A stretch of DNA of 64,000 bases from Fibrobacteria bacterium (lineage in GTDB: Bacteria; Fibrobacterota; Fibrobacteria; UBA11236): positions 161,315 through 225,314 of the forward strand of contig JAYTSD010000001.1 in NCBI GenBank assembly GCA_043745805.1, read 5' to 3'. Position 1 is the stretch's first letter. Each line of letters starts with the position of its first letter. Of this stretch, positions 1-9,005 are shown in pieces. The notes under the pieces were generated by a model that made no database searches, was not told the DNA's origin, and saw only the letters and a list, made by a program, of their open reading frames with translations. The translations under genes were made by a program, and so were the position numbers.

Positions 1-964
1 TGGCTCGTGAGGCTGTTGCTTGGGTATCGGTTTCCATTTGATGACTGATTTGACGTAACTCGCTTGACGCTTGTACTAATTCATCGGCATTTTGCATAAT
101 AGCTTGTACCGTATTACGCATATTTTGTACAGCTTGATTGAGTGATGCGCCGAGTCTCGCCACTTCATCTTTTCCTCCAGCATCAATTTGGATACAAAGA
201 TCACCTTCGGATAATCGTAAGGCTGAGTAAGCGGTTTTCTGAACAGAAACCACAATACTTCGTGAAATGAGAAACGTTAAAATAATGCCGGCTAGGATCG
301 AACTGATACTTATAATCAAATTCATGCGTTTCGCATTAGTGCCCGAGCGACTGCTACTTTCTGAACTTTTCATTGCCTCACTACTAATTTTATCGGCTAC
401 ATTTTCCATACTTTGCGAAAGTTTAGTGTATTGTTCGTCCACTTTAATTAATTCGGCGGAGGTTTTTGTGAGATCTGCTAAGGCAGCGACTTCAACTACT
501 TTTCCCACTGAGCTAGCATAATCCAAAATGCCAGTTTTAATTATCGTGATGGCCTCTTTGGTGGCTTGAGGTAACGGTAAGGTTTCCAAATTTCCGAAGT
601 AATTTTCCAATATGCCGGATGACGTTTCTAATTCTTGGGCACAGGCTTGCATATCGTCGGTATTTCCATTTTGGCCAGCTACAGCGGAACGAAAGGCCAG
701 GGCGCGCAAACCATCTTGTGCGTCGGTAACTAAAAGAATATTGCGCACGGCGATAAGTTGTACTGTGGCTAAATCATTCATGCCACGATCAAGTTTTATA
801 ATATTGCGTTGTCCAGTAACCGTAAGTAGTAAAATCGAAACCAAAAATACTCCGCCCAAAACGGACAATTTTGTGGCGATGGAATAGTTACGTAGAAGAC
901 GTTGCCAACGCGAAGGACTCGAATTGTTTCCTTTGAAATAAATATTCGATAATTTTTTAAGCAT
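1..964 (-). CDS. Methyl-accepting chemotaxis protein (5' part; runs off the window edge)
   Basis: Manual translation from ATG at 964 (not in the ORF track): TM1 (KLSVLGGVFLVSILLL), helical periplasmic sensor, TM2 (LIISISSILAGIILTFLISRSI), HAMP (LSEGDL..I...GKDEVARLGASLN), then coiled coil; frame open to position 1. Confidence 0.85.
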   Translation of the reverse strand, partial: MLKKLSNIYFKGNNSSPSRWQRLLRNYSIATKLSVLGGVFLVSILLLTVTGQRNIIKLDRGMNDLATVQLIAVRNILLVTDAQDGLRALAFRSAVAGQNGNTDDMQACAQELETSSGILENYFGNLETLPLPQATKEAITIIKTGILDYASSVGKVVEVAALADLTKTSAELIKVDEQYTKLSQSMENVADKISSEAMKSSESSSRSGTNAKRMNLIISISSILAGIILTFLISRSIVVSVQKTAYSALRLSEGDLCIQIDAGGKDEVARLGASLNQAVQNMRNTVQAIMQNADELVQASSELRQISHQMETDTQATASRA

Positions 965-1338
965 TTTTTTTCAAGCCGAATTAAACACAAATACTAAAAC
1001 GTGAGTACTTCCCGAACTGGGTTTTAGTATAGAGTATGGCATTTTATAAATACAAGTAATTTGTATGCGAAATGTATTTTATTTGTGTTGATAAAAAGTA
1101 ATGTTATAAGTTATACACTTTGCAAAACAACCAATGAATTAGCACTTAAACTTTCACTTCAGCTTAATTTAAAGGTTAAGTTAATGTAAGGTAATGATCG
1201 TAGATAACAGCCATGGTGCAATTCAAAAGCGAAAATCATTCATTGTTGGGAGACAGAGTTTGCACAAGCCTTTCTCGATTGTGAATTTAAGGACTTATAG
1301 AGGCAAGAGATTATATTTCATGAGATTTTTTGTATTTT

Positions 1339-2202
1339 ATGCGTCCTATGGAAAATACTACAAACTCAGAGAACCTTGAAAATTTATTCGCCCAACTTTG
1401 GGAGGACTATACCGATCTTAATCCTGCGGCTAAAGAAATTTTGCGTTTATTAACTCTCCGCGGCGAAACGCTCGAAAATGATCATATTGCTTTGCGTACC
1501 TTTGATGATCCCAAGGTAAATATTGAAAAATTAGCAAGCAGCTTCGTGAAAATGGGGTATCTCGCAAAGGGAGAATATAAATTTCCTGATAAAAAAATAT
1601 CTGCGCGCCACTTTGAACATCCCAATGGAAAATGGCCTAAAGTTTTTATCAGTCAACTGCAGGTTTCGGCTTTTAGTAAAGAATTTCAGAAATTAATTAA
1701 GGCTATGCTTGCGGAAGTTTCACCAGAAACAACAGCGCAGTGGGACTTTTGTGTTTATGGGCGACCTTGGAAAATGGCATTTGAAAATTATGAAATTTTG
1801 CGTAAAGAAAGTGAATTCGCCGCTTGGCTTGCGGCCTTTGGGTTTCGTGCAAATCACTTTACCGTATTGATTAATAATTTAAAAAAATTTGATTCCCTCG
1901 CAAGTTTGAATACCTTAATAAAAAATAGTGGTTATGCATTAAATACTGTGGGCGGAGAAATCAAAGGCAGTCCAGCTGTTTACTTGGAGCAGAGTTCGAC
2001 TTTAGCACAGCCCGTATCGGTACGTTTTGGAGAGGGTAACTTTAAGGTTCCCGCCTGTTATTATGAATTTGCTAAACGTTACCCTATGCCTGATGGCAAA
2101 CTTTTCCAAGGGTTTATTGCAGAATCCGCTAATAGTATTTTTGAAAGCACGGATAATCGTCGTAAAAGTAAAGAACGGCGCGGCAAACCTCGCCGCAATT
2201 AG
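1339..2202 (+). CDS. DUF1338 family protein (HglS/2-oxoadipate dioxygenase-decarboxylase-like)
   Basis: NDHIALRTF, NHFTV, LEQSST and YYEFAKRY motifs typical of DUF1338; start uncertain (1339 or 1348). Confidence 0.85.
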   Translation: MRPMENTTNSENLENLFAQLWEDYTDLNPAAKEILRLLTLRGETLENDHIALRTFDDPKVNIEKLASSFVKMGYLAKGEYKFPDKKISARHFEHPNGKWPKVFISQLQVSAFSKEFQKLIKAMLAEVSPETTAQWDFCVYGRPWKMAFENYEILRKESEFAAWLAAFGFRANHFTVLINNLKKFDSLASLNTLIKNSGYALNTVGGEIKGSPAVYLEQSSTLAQPVSVRFGEGNFKVPACYYEFAKRYPMPDGKLFQGFIAESANSIFESTDNRRKSKERRGKPRRN

Positions 2203-2246
2203 ATTTTCATTTCATTAAGTTCTGCCAAGGTGTAGATTTTTAAATT

Positions 2247-2275
2247 AGTGTACAGTTGTCAAGCTTCTGTACACT
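2247..2275. promoter_or_regulatory. Palindromic candidate enhancer (bEBP site), TGTCAA-N5-TGTACA
   Basis: AGTGTACAG-N11-CTGTACACT inverted repeat; resembles TGTCCA-N5-TGGACA at 6975-6991. Confidence 0.5.
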
Positions 2276-2344
2276 CAAAAACACCTTAAACTCATGTTTC
2301 AGTTTAAAATCCCAGTAAATTAAGGTTATTTCGTGATTTTTGAA

Positions 2345-2362
2345 TTGGTCCGGTTTTTGATT
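2345..2362 (+). promoter_or_regulatory. Candidate sigma54 -24/-12 promoter (non-canonical -12 GA)
   Basis: TTGGTCCGGTTTTTGATT = GG-N10-GA, about 35 bp upstream of the ATG at 2396. Confidence 0.45.
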
Positions 2363-2395
2363 ATGTAATCTATAGAACTTAAACAGGAGGTTTAT

Positions 2396-2848
2396 ATGTC
2401 ACTCAGTAAATTATATGGAATTGGAATAATCGCACTTTGTAGCGTGTCTGCACATGCCGGACGGAAAAACTTTGATCGCTCACATGCGGAGGTTACGTTG
2501 GGGTTTCCTAATGGTCAGGTAACAGTAGGAAAAACCTGGGGTACAGGTAACCCTGAGGTTATTCATGAAACCGTAATTGAAAGACCAGTCTATCGTGATC
2601 GTGACGACGATGAAGACTGCCATAGAGTTGTGGTAGAAGAACGTCCTCGTTATGAACAGGAACGAGTCACCATTATTAAGCATTATCCATCCGAACCGCG
2701 TTGTGAAAGAGTAGTCTATCGCGATAGGTCGTACTATGATCCTGAACGCACGGTAATTGTAGTTCCGGAAAGACATTGGAATCATCACGGGCATGGAAAT
2801 CCTCATCATAATGACTGGAGATCTGAAAGATATTGCGACCGTGATTAA
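2396..2848 (+). CDS. Small secreted low-complexity protein with V/I-x-ERP repeats and His-rich tail
   Basis: AGGAGG RBS, signal peptide ending AHA, repeated VIERP/VEERP/VVYRDR segments, HWNHHGHGNPHH tail. Confidence 0.75.
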   Translation: MSLSKLYGIGIIALCSVSAHAGRKNFDRSHAEVTLGFPNGQVTVGKTWGTGNPEVIHETVIERPVYRDRDDDEDCHRVVVEERPRYEQERVTIIKHYPSEPRCERVVYRDRSYYDPERTVIVVPERHWNHHGHGNPHHNDWRSERYCDRD

Positions 2849-2858
2849 ACGTGAAATT

Positions 2859-2886
2859 AACGCTCTCGGTTAAAGAAGAGAGCGTT
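2859..2886 (+). terminator. Stem-loop after the 2396 gene
   Basis: AACGCTCTC...GAGAGCGTT inverted repeat; a second hairpin with T-run lies at about 2922-2951. Confidence 0.55.
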
Positions 2887-3034
2887 ATTGCCTAATGAAT
2901 TAGTAGTTTTTTAGACTAAAGAAAATCGCTAAAAACTTAGCGGTTTTTTTTGCATTTCCTTGAGGAGTATTATTTTGAAAAAGCCATGGCTTACTTTTTT
3001 TTACAGGAGCATTTGTTCTTGGAAATTGAAAAAG

Positions 3035-5515
3035 ATGCCGGCTAGTTTTGTTAAATACTTTTACTTGGTAATTTTTATTCCGACTTTTCTATGCGCACAG
3101 GAAAATATTTCCAATAATGCTTTACCCGATATTCGCGATGCTTATGGTGTTTCCATTGCTGATTTTAATGGTGATGGATTGCTTGATATTTATATTGTGG
3201 GATTTCGCACTTTAAACAGAATGCTCATTAATCGCGGAGATAGAACTTTTATCGACAAAAGTATTGCAGCCGGTGTCGGTGGAAATTTGATGCCGAAGGG
3301 TATTAAGAATTTAGAGGTGGGAGCCGCTACGGCTGATTTTGATAACGATGGAGCCATAGATATATTGATTACTGGTTGGGGCGATGGCTTGGATTTATTA
3401 AAGAATAGAAAAGACGGAACTTTTTATTCAGTAACTTCGCAAATGGGATTAGCCCAAGATATTGATGCGAATATGGGCGTATGGGCCGATTTGGATCAGG
3501 ATGGGTATGTGGATTTATTGCTGACCAATGAACATGGACCTATTCAGATATATCATAATGATCATGGATTAAAATTCAATCAAATTCCACTAGCACAAAC
3601 GGGTCTTCCTTTAGACTCTGGCTCTCAAGGCGCTGCCTTTACGGATCTCGATTTGGATGGGGATTTAGATTTAGTCGTGGCGGGTTGGAAAAAACCACTA
3701 CAAATTTTTGAACAGATATCGCCCTTTTATTTTAAACAAATTCCTTTGAATATAAAGTTTAAGCCGGGCATGCGTTGCAATGCCATTTTGGTGGGTGACG
3801 TGGATAATGATGGGGATTTCGATTTAGTAGTGACAGTTCGTGAAGGGCATAATTTACTGTTAATTAATCAAAATAACCCTTCTTTAAAAACTCTGGATAT
3901 TTCCACGTGGAAGTCAAGAGTGGATTCTATTGTTAAGCCATTACATTTTGTGGAGCAAGCGCATGCCTGGGGAATTATTGACAGCGCGGATCACTATGGA
4001 GGGGCTTTGGCAGACTTCGATGGCGATGGGGATTTTGATTTATTATTAACCACGCGAGGCGCTAATTTCTACTACGAAAATTCGGAGCATCATTTTTATT
4101 ACCGTAACAATTTTGATTTAGGCCTCCCCCCCAATTTTTCTACTTACAATACTGGCTTTGTTCCTGCACCGGTTTTTGGAGGAAAATCCTTAGATTGGTT
4201 AATGGCGTCTCGTGATAGCGCCTGTCAAATTCAAGCTGGGTTAACGCCAAAGTTACCTAGGATAGAAGTTAAATTACATGCGGTAGAATCCAATGTCTCT
4301 TCCATCGGTGCACAAATTACTTTTTGGTCGCGAAAATTTGGGGATCCGGGTGAATGGCAATTACAACAATTCCAAGAAGTTTCTGGAGGTTATGGCTATT
4401 TCAGTTCTTATATAGGGCCATTATTATTTACTTTACCCGACACACTCCGTGAATATCAGTTTGCCGTACGATTCCCTAATGGAAAGCGTGTCGAGTACAA
4501 AATCAATCCTCACGACTCCATCATTGATATTTGGGAAAGTCGATTTTTTCCTGGAACATGGGCAAAAATATGGCATTGGTCCTATACCACCTATCATGAT
4601 CCCGTACGCCGAAAAAATGTACTCTTTGCCGTGGCAGCCTTTATTTTATTGACCCTGTTAAGTCGCACGGTATTAAGAATTATGGCCACCTCCATTGCAC
4701 GGAGACAAAATCAAGCGGAGTTAGTGCAAAAAAATGAGGAGTTACGCTTATTGATTGAAGAAGTGCAAAAAACTCAGCAACAACTTATTCATAGTGAAAA
4801 ATTAGCAGGCTTAGGACAGCTTGTTGCGGGAATTGCCCATGAATTAAATAATCCTATTGGTTTTATTTATGCGAATCTTCATCAGATCCAAAAATATTTA
4901 GATAGAAGTGATTTCTCAAACCTTGATGAAAAATCCAAACTCTTGGTGCAAAAAATGAAAGAGGCTCTGGCTGAATGCCAAGACGGTTCCATACGTATTC
5001 GCGACATTGTACAAAATCTACGCGGCCTTTCGCGTGCAGGAAATGCAGATGAAAGTAAATCACTGACCAAAAAAGTTTCGGATTTAAATTTGATGATTGA
5101 TAAAAGCGCTTTATTGGCGCAAACCAATTTCAGTAAGAATATTCAGTTACAAAAACAATATGCTGAACTTCCACCCATTTCTATAGATGAAACCCAAATC
5201 CAACAAGTGATATTGAATATTTTAGTCAATGCAGGACAGGCTTTAGATAAAGAAGGCAGTATATTTATTCATACCTTTGAGGAAGGCCCTTGGGCCGTTG
5301 TTTCCATAAAAGATAATGGACTGGGGATTAAACCTGATCATTTGCATAGAATTTTTGAGCCCTTTTTCACCACCAAGCCTGTGGGGCAGGGAATAGGATT
5401 GGGATTGCATCTTTCTTATCAAATCATCAAAGCACATGAAGGTTACATTACTGTTAACTCCGTTATGGGCCACGGTGCAGAATTTATAATTAAACTTCCT
5501 TTGGATAAAAATTAA
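3035..5515 (+). CDS. Sensor histidine kinase with extracytoplasmic FG-GAP-repeat/ASPIC-UnbV-like domain
   Basis: Signal peptide from ATG 3035; six DxDxDG-type FG-GAP loops (e.g. ADFNGDGLLDI, ADFDNDGAIDI); SNVSSIGA..EVSGGYGYFS ASPIC-like segment; one TM; H-box AHELNNP; N, G1 and G2 boxes (FFTTKPVGQGIGLGL). Confidence 0.9.
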   Translation: MPASFVKYFYLVIFIPTFLCAQENISNNALPDIRDAYGVSIADFNGDGLLDIYIVGFRTLNRMLINRGDRTFIDKSIAAGVGGNLMPKGIKNLEVGAATADFDNDGAIDILITGWGDGLDLLKNRKDGTFYSVTSQMGLAQDIDANMGVWADLDQDGYVDLLLTNEHGPIQIYHNDHGLKFNQIPLAQTGLPLDSGSQGAAFTDLDLDGDLDLVVAGWKKPLQIFEQISPFYFKQIPLNIKFKPGMRCNAILVGDVDNDGDFDLVVTVREGHNLLLINQNNPSLKTLDISTWKSRVDSIVKPLHFVEQAHAWGIIDSADHYGGALADFDGDGDFDLLLTTRGANFYYENSEHHFYYRNNFDLGLPPNFSTYNTGFVPAPVFGGKSLDWLMASRDSACQIQAGLTPKLPRIEVKLHAVESNVSSIGAQITFWSRKFGDPGEWQLQQFQEVSGGYGYFSSYIGPLLFTLPDTLREYQFAVRFPNGKRVEYKINPHDSIIDIWESRFFPGTWAKIWHWSYTTYHDPVRRKNVLFAVAAFILLTLLSRTVLRIMATSIARRQNQAELVQKNEELRLLIEEVQKTQQQLIHSEKLAGLGQLVAGIAHELNNPIGFIYANLHQIQKYLDRSDFSNLDEKSKLLVQKMKEALAECQDGSIRIRDIVQNLRGLSRAGNADESKSLTKKVSDLNLMIDKSALLAQTNFSKNIQLQKQYAELPPISIDETQIQQVILNILVNAGQALDKEGSIFIHTFEEGPWAVVSIKDNGLGIKPDHLHRIFEPFFTTKPVGQGIGLGLHLSYQIIKAHEGYITVNSVMGHGAEFIIKLPLDKN

Positions 5516-6969
5516 TGGAAAATCAAAAACCTGTATTACTGATTGTGGATGATGAACCTGCTATTATAAATAGCATTATTCGCCAATTAGAAGATGATTA
5601 TACCTGCTTAGGTGCGCCTAATGCCTCTTTAGCCAAGCATTTTTTTGCTGACCATAAGATAGCATGCGTGCTCAGCGATCAACGTATGCCGGGTGAATCG
5701 GGATCGGAATTTTTAGCATGGGTGCGAGAGCATTATCCCGATACGGTGCGCGTTTTAATTACGGGCTATAGTGATTTTGATAGCGTGGTCTCCGCAGTAA
5801 ATCAGGGACAAATTTATCAATTTTTAAATAAGCCTTGGGAGCCAGTGCAACTCGAAGCAGTAGTACGCCAAGCTGTGCGGATTTTTTCTTTGGTTGAAGA
5901 AAACAAACTTTTACAACAAGAATTAAAAAACCGCAATCATATTTTAGAACGCGAAAATTTATTATTGAAGTTCGAGACCATAAGCAATGGGGAACCGCTT
6001 TCGAAATTAGTGGGCATTAGCTCTAGTATGCAGAATTTAAAAAACAAAATTATGCACTTCTTGGTTTCGCAAAGTACCGTTTTGGTCACGGGAGAAAGTG
6101 GTACGGGTAAAGAATTGGTGGCGCATGCTTTACATTTTGGCGGTCCACGTAAAGACAAGCCCTTTGTGGCTCAAAACTGTGCTGCTTTAACTGATTCTCT
6201 TTTAGAGAGTGAATTATTTGGGCATGTAAAGGGTTCTTTTACGCATGCTACCGAAAATCGCATCGGGATTATTGAAAGTGCGCAAGGAGGCACTTTGTTC
6301 TTGGATGAAGTGGGAGATATGTCTTTAACCTTGCAAGCAAAGCTATTAAGGTTTTTGCAAGAAGGCGTGGTGCAGCCTATTGGTAGCCGCGTAGAGAAAC
6401 ATGTAGATGTCCGTATCATAGCGGCTACGCATCGCGATTTAGAGTCTATGGTGCAAGATAAAACTTTTCGCGAAGATTTATTTTATCGGCTTAATGTGGT
6501 GCCCTTGCGCACGCCCGCTTTGCGTGAGCGCTTGGATGACTTGCCCTTATTGATAGAACATTTTATGCAAAAAAAAGCGCTTAAGCTAAAAAAAACCTTA
6601 CCGACACTGTCTTCCGAGGCGCTGGAATTATTGAAAAAACATAATTTTCCTGGTAATGTACGTGAGTTAGAAAATGCAATTGAATATGCCATGAATCTTT
6701 CGGGGGAGAGAAATATTTTGTTACCCGAAGACATGCCCGATAGAATTCAAAGTAAAGCAGACGAAAAAGGGAAGCTAAATTCGCATACCTCCACCTCAAA
6801 TTTACCTTCTGAACTTTTATTAGAAGAAGCGGTAAATGCTTTGGAAATTGATTGGATACGTCGTGCTTTAAAAAGTTCGACGGGAAATATTTCCCATGCG
6901 GCAAAGTCCTTGGGCCTTAGTCGTCAGGGTTTGCATAATAAACTCGCGAAATATGGGATTAAAGAATAA
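5515..6969 (+). CDS. NtrC-family sigma54-dependent response regulator (REC-AAA+-Fis HTH)
   Basis: LIVDDE/SDQRMP receiver, GESGTGKE Walker A, ESELFGHVKGSFTHA, FLDEVG, FPGNVREL, C-terminal HTH; coupled to the kinase by TAATG. Confidence 0.95.
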   Translation: MENQKPVLLIVDDEPAIINSIIRQLEDDYTCLGAPNASLAKHFFADHKIACVLSDQRMPGESGSEFLAWVREHYPDTVRVLITGYSDFDSVVSAVNQGQIYQFLNKPWEPVQLEAVVRQAVRIFSLVEENKLLQQELKNRNHILERENLLLKFETISNGEPLSKLVGISSSMQNLKNKIMHFLVSQSTVLVTGESGTGKELVAHALHFGGPRKDKPFVAQNCAALTDSLLESELFGHVKGSFTHATENRIGIIESAQGGTLFLDEVGDMSLTLQAKLLRFLQEGVVQPIGSRVEKHVDVRIIAATHRDLESMVQDKTFREDLFYRLNVVPLRTPALRERLDDLPLLIEHFMQKKALKLKKTLPTLSSEALELLKKHNFPGNVRELENAIEYAMNLSGERNILLPEDMPDRIQSKADEKGKLNSHTSTSNLPSELLLEEAVNALEIDWIRRALKSSTGNISHAAKSLGLSRQGLHNKLAKYGIKE

Positions 6970-6974
6970 AATCT

Positions 6975-7005
6975 TGTCCACCAAGTGGACACCAAATAGT
7001 GGACG
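6975..7005. promoter_or_regulatory. Palindromic candidate enhancer TGTCCAC-CAA-GTGGACA plus an extra AGTGGAC half-site
   Basis: Perfect 7-bp inverted repeat at 6975-6991, about 100 bp upstream of the -24/-12 element. Confidence 0.6.
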
Positions 7006-7071
7006 GTCTATTAAATAGACCCCTTTTTTAAAAAAAATCGCACTTTTCCTTTAAGTTTCAAAGTTTTTCTT

Positions 7072-7088
7072 TTGGTACATCTCTTGCG
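7072..7088 (+). promoter_or_regulatory. Sigma54 -24/-12 promoter
   Basis: TTGGTACATCTCTTGCG = TGG-N10-GC with canonical TTGC, just upstream of the ATG at 7102. Confidence 0.7.
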
Positions 7089-7101
7089 ATGTACTCCGAT
7101 C

Positions 7102-7815
7102 ATGAAAACTAATACGGAAATCTCTTCGGTTTTTTCGCTCAACTCTTTGCACATTTCTTTGGGAAGCGTTGCGGTGCTTTTTTTGTTTTCCGGCTGCTAT
7201 ACCCAACTATATACCCAAAATTATGTCGCACGCGATCAGCAAAATTATGCAGCGGACAGTCGAGATGCTTTAGCTGATAGCCTGGAGGATTCCAGTTTGG
7301 TGAATAAGGATAGCTCAATTTCTAAGCGACCTATAATTGTCAAAAACTATTATGAAGAAAATAATTATTACCGCGGACATCGTTATTCGGATTGGGATGA
7401 TCCACTCATTTCCTTAAGTTTTAGCTCGGGCTATTATCGAGAATATTATAGCCGTCCCTATTGGGAACGTGAGCATTATGGAAATTATTATTCTGATCAA
7501 AATCATTATCATAGCCATTACTATTCATCTCCCAATAATAATTTCTCTTCCAATACATATAATCCTCCGCGCAAAAGATTATTCTCTTCTCCTTCCAATG
7601 CACCACTTATAAAACCTGGAAAAAGGCGTGAGAAAGATGGGGGTAACGTTTACGCTTCTCCTTCGGGGTCGATGTCAAAAGAGTCAGCTTCGGCTCCGGA
7701 ACATCCTTCTCACGCCGTTCCTTCGTCGGACAACTCATCGAATAATGATTCGGGGGATAATAGCGAAAGCTCAAAGAGCGACGAAAACAAACCAATGCAT
7801 AAAGGCAGACGATAA
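7102..7815 (+). CDS. Lipoprotein with Tyr-rich middle and Ser-rich disordered C-terminus
   Basis: Lipobox LFSG-C (CYTQL); ATG 7102 preferred over TTG 7072, which overlaps the promoter. Confidence 0.75.
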   Translation: MKTNTEISSVFSLNSLHISLGSVAVLFLFSGCYTQLYTQNYVARDQQNYAADSRDALADSLEDSSLVNKDSSISKRPIIVKNYYEENNYYRGHRYSDWDDPLISLSFSSGYYREYYSRPYWEREHYGNYYSDQNHYHSHYYSSPNNNFSSNTYNPPRKRLFSSPSNAPLIKPGKRREKDGGNVYASPSGSMSKESASAPEHPSHAVPSSDNSSNNDSGDNSESSKSDENKPMHKGRR

Positions 7816-9005
7816 TGCCGATGAACCAGAAGAGATATATGAAACTGTTAAAAATAAAGCCTCATTTTCTCTATGCATGCATGATGGGATTTTTTGTTGT
7901 AACAGTTGAAGCCCAAATGGATACTTTGAATTTAGGTGCACCTCAAGAAATTAGCGCGCGAGCCATGGCCTTAGGGGGCAGTTATACAGCGGTAGCGAAT
8001 GATTTTTCTGCCTTGTATTATAATGCGGCAGGTTTAAGTTCCGTGAAACGACATGAATTTTCTTTCACATTGAATCAAACCATGCTTAGCACAAGTTCAC
8101 AAATTACCGGTTACCCTAAATCAATAATTGATAAACAAGAATTGGGTATTCAATCCATTGGATTTTTATGGCCGCTACCTGTAACACGCGGGGGACTTAC
8201 TTTTGCTTTCGGTTATTATAGCCCGCGAAATTTTATTGACGCTTCTACTTATAATGACGCCAAATCAATTACCAATGGTCAATACAAATATGAAGCGGAA
8301 GGAACCGTGGATCAATATCGCTTTGGTTTTGGATTAGATGTAGCGCCCGATGTTTCTCTTGGATTGGCAGTGAGTCATACTTCAGGAGAAGAGCGTATTC
8401 AAATCACCGATAGCGTAGTTTCCAGAGGTGTGAATTCCTATACTGGTTGGAATTTAGAACCTTCTCTCATGATCAAGCTAACGCCGTGGGTAAAATTAGG
8501 CGCTTCGTTAATTGTTTGGGATATCGCTTCGGTAGATGAACATCAGGAAACACAAGGCATTGTTACCGCATACGATGCAACACTTAATGTACGCAACCCC
8601 TATCAATTAAAACTAGGACTATCCTATCAGGGAAATGATTTGTTAGTAGCCGCAGATTACAAAATGAATTTCTGGGAACAATACCGCTATAGCATGGATA
8701 ATGTAAGTTTTCAGGAAGGTGCAGGTTACCGTAATGAATATACTCTTTCTGCTGGGGTTGAAAAGTATATTTCGCATTGGAACACCGTTTTGCGCGGCGG
8801 ATATAGTTACAATAATATCTTGGACTATGGACTAACTCCCATATACAATCGCCATCGCGTCAGTGCGGGAATTGGCTTTTTGCTTTCTGGTTCGGTAAAT
8901 ATTGACTTGGGGTATTCTTATGCCTTTTGGGAATCGCAAGAGAATGACTTGTACATTGAAGACCGTGAACAACGTGCTATGTTTACTTTAGGGTATCGCT
9001 ACTAA
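7815..9005 (+). CDS. OmpP1/FadL-like outer-membrane beta-barrel protein
   Basis: SARAMALGGSYTAVANDFSALYYNAAGL N-terminal motif, amphipathic strands, C-terminal beta-signal FTLGYRY. Confidence 0.8.
   Translation: MPMNQKRYMKLLKIKPHFLYACMMGFFVVTVEAQMDTLNLGAPQEISARAMALGGSYTAVANDFSALYYNAAGLSSVKRHEFSFTLNQTMLSTSSQITGYPKSIIDKQELGIQSIGFLWPLPVTRGGLTFAFGYYSPRNFIDASTYNDAKSITNGQYKYEAEGTVDQYRFGFGLDVAPDVSLGLAVSHTSGEERIQITDSVVSRGVNSYTGWNLEPSLMIKLTPWVKLGASLIVWDIASVDEHQETQGIVTAYDATLNVRNPYQLKLGLSYQGNDLLVAADYKMNFWEQYRYSMDNVSFQEGAGYRNEYTLSAGVEKYISHWNTVLRGGYSYNNILDYGLTPIYNRHRVSAGIGFLLSGSVNIDLGYSYAFWESQENDLYIEDREQRAMFTLGYRY

Noticed and set aside
267-887. Plus-strand ORFs 267-521 and 612-887, and minus ORF 796-990
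   Set aside because: Shadows or alternate frames of the minus-strand MCP gene, which has clear TM/HAMP features
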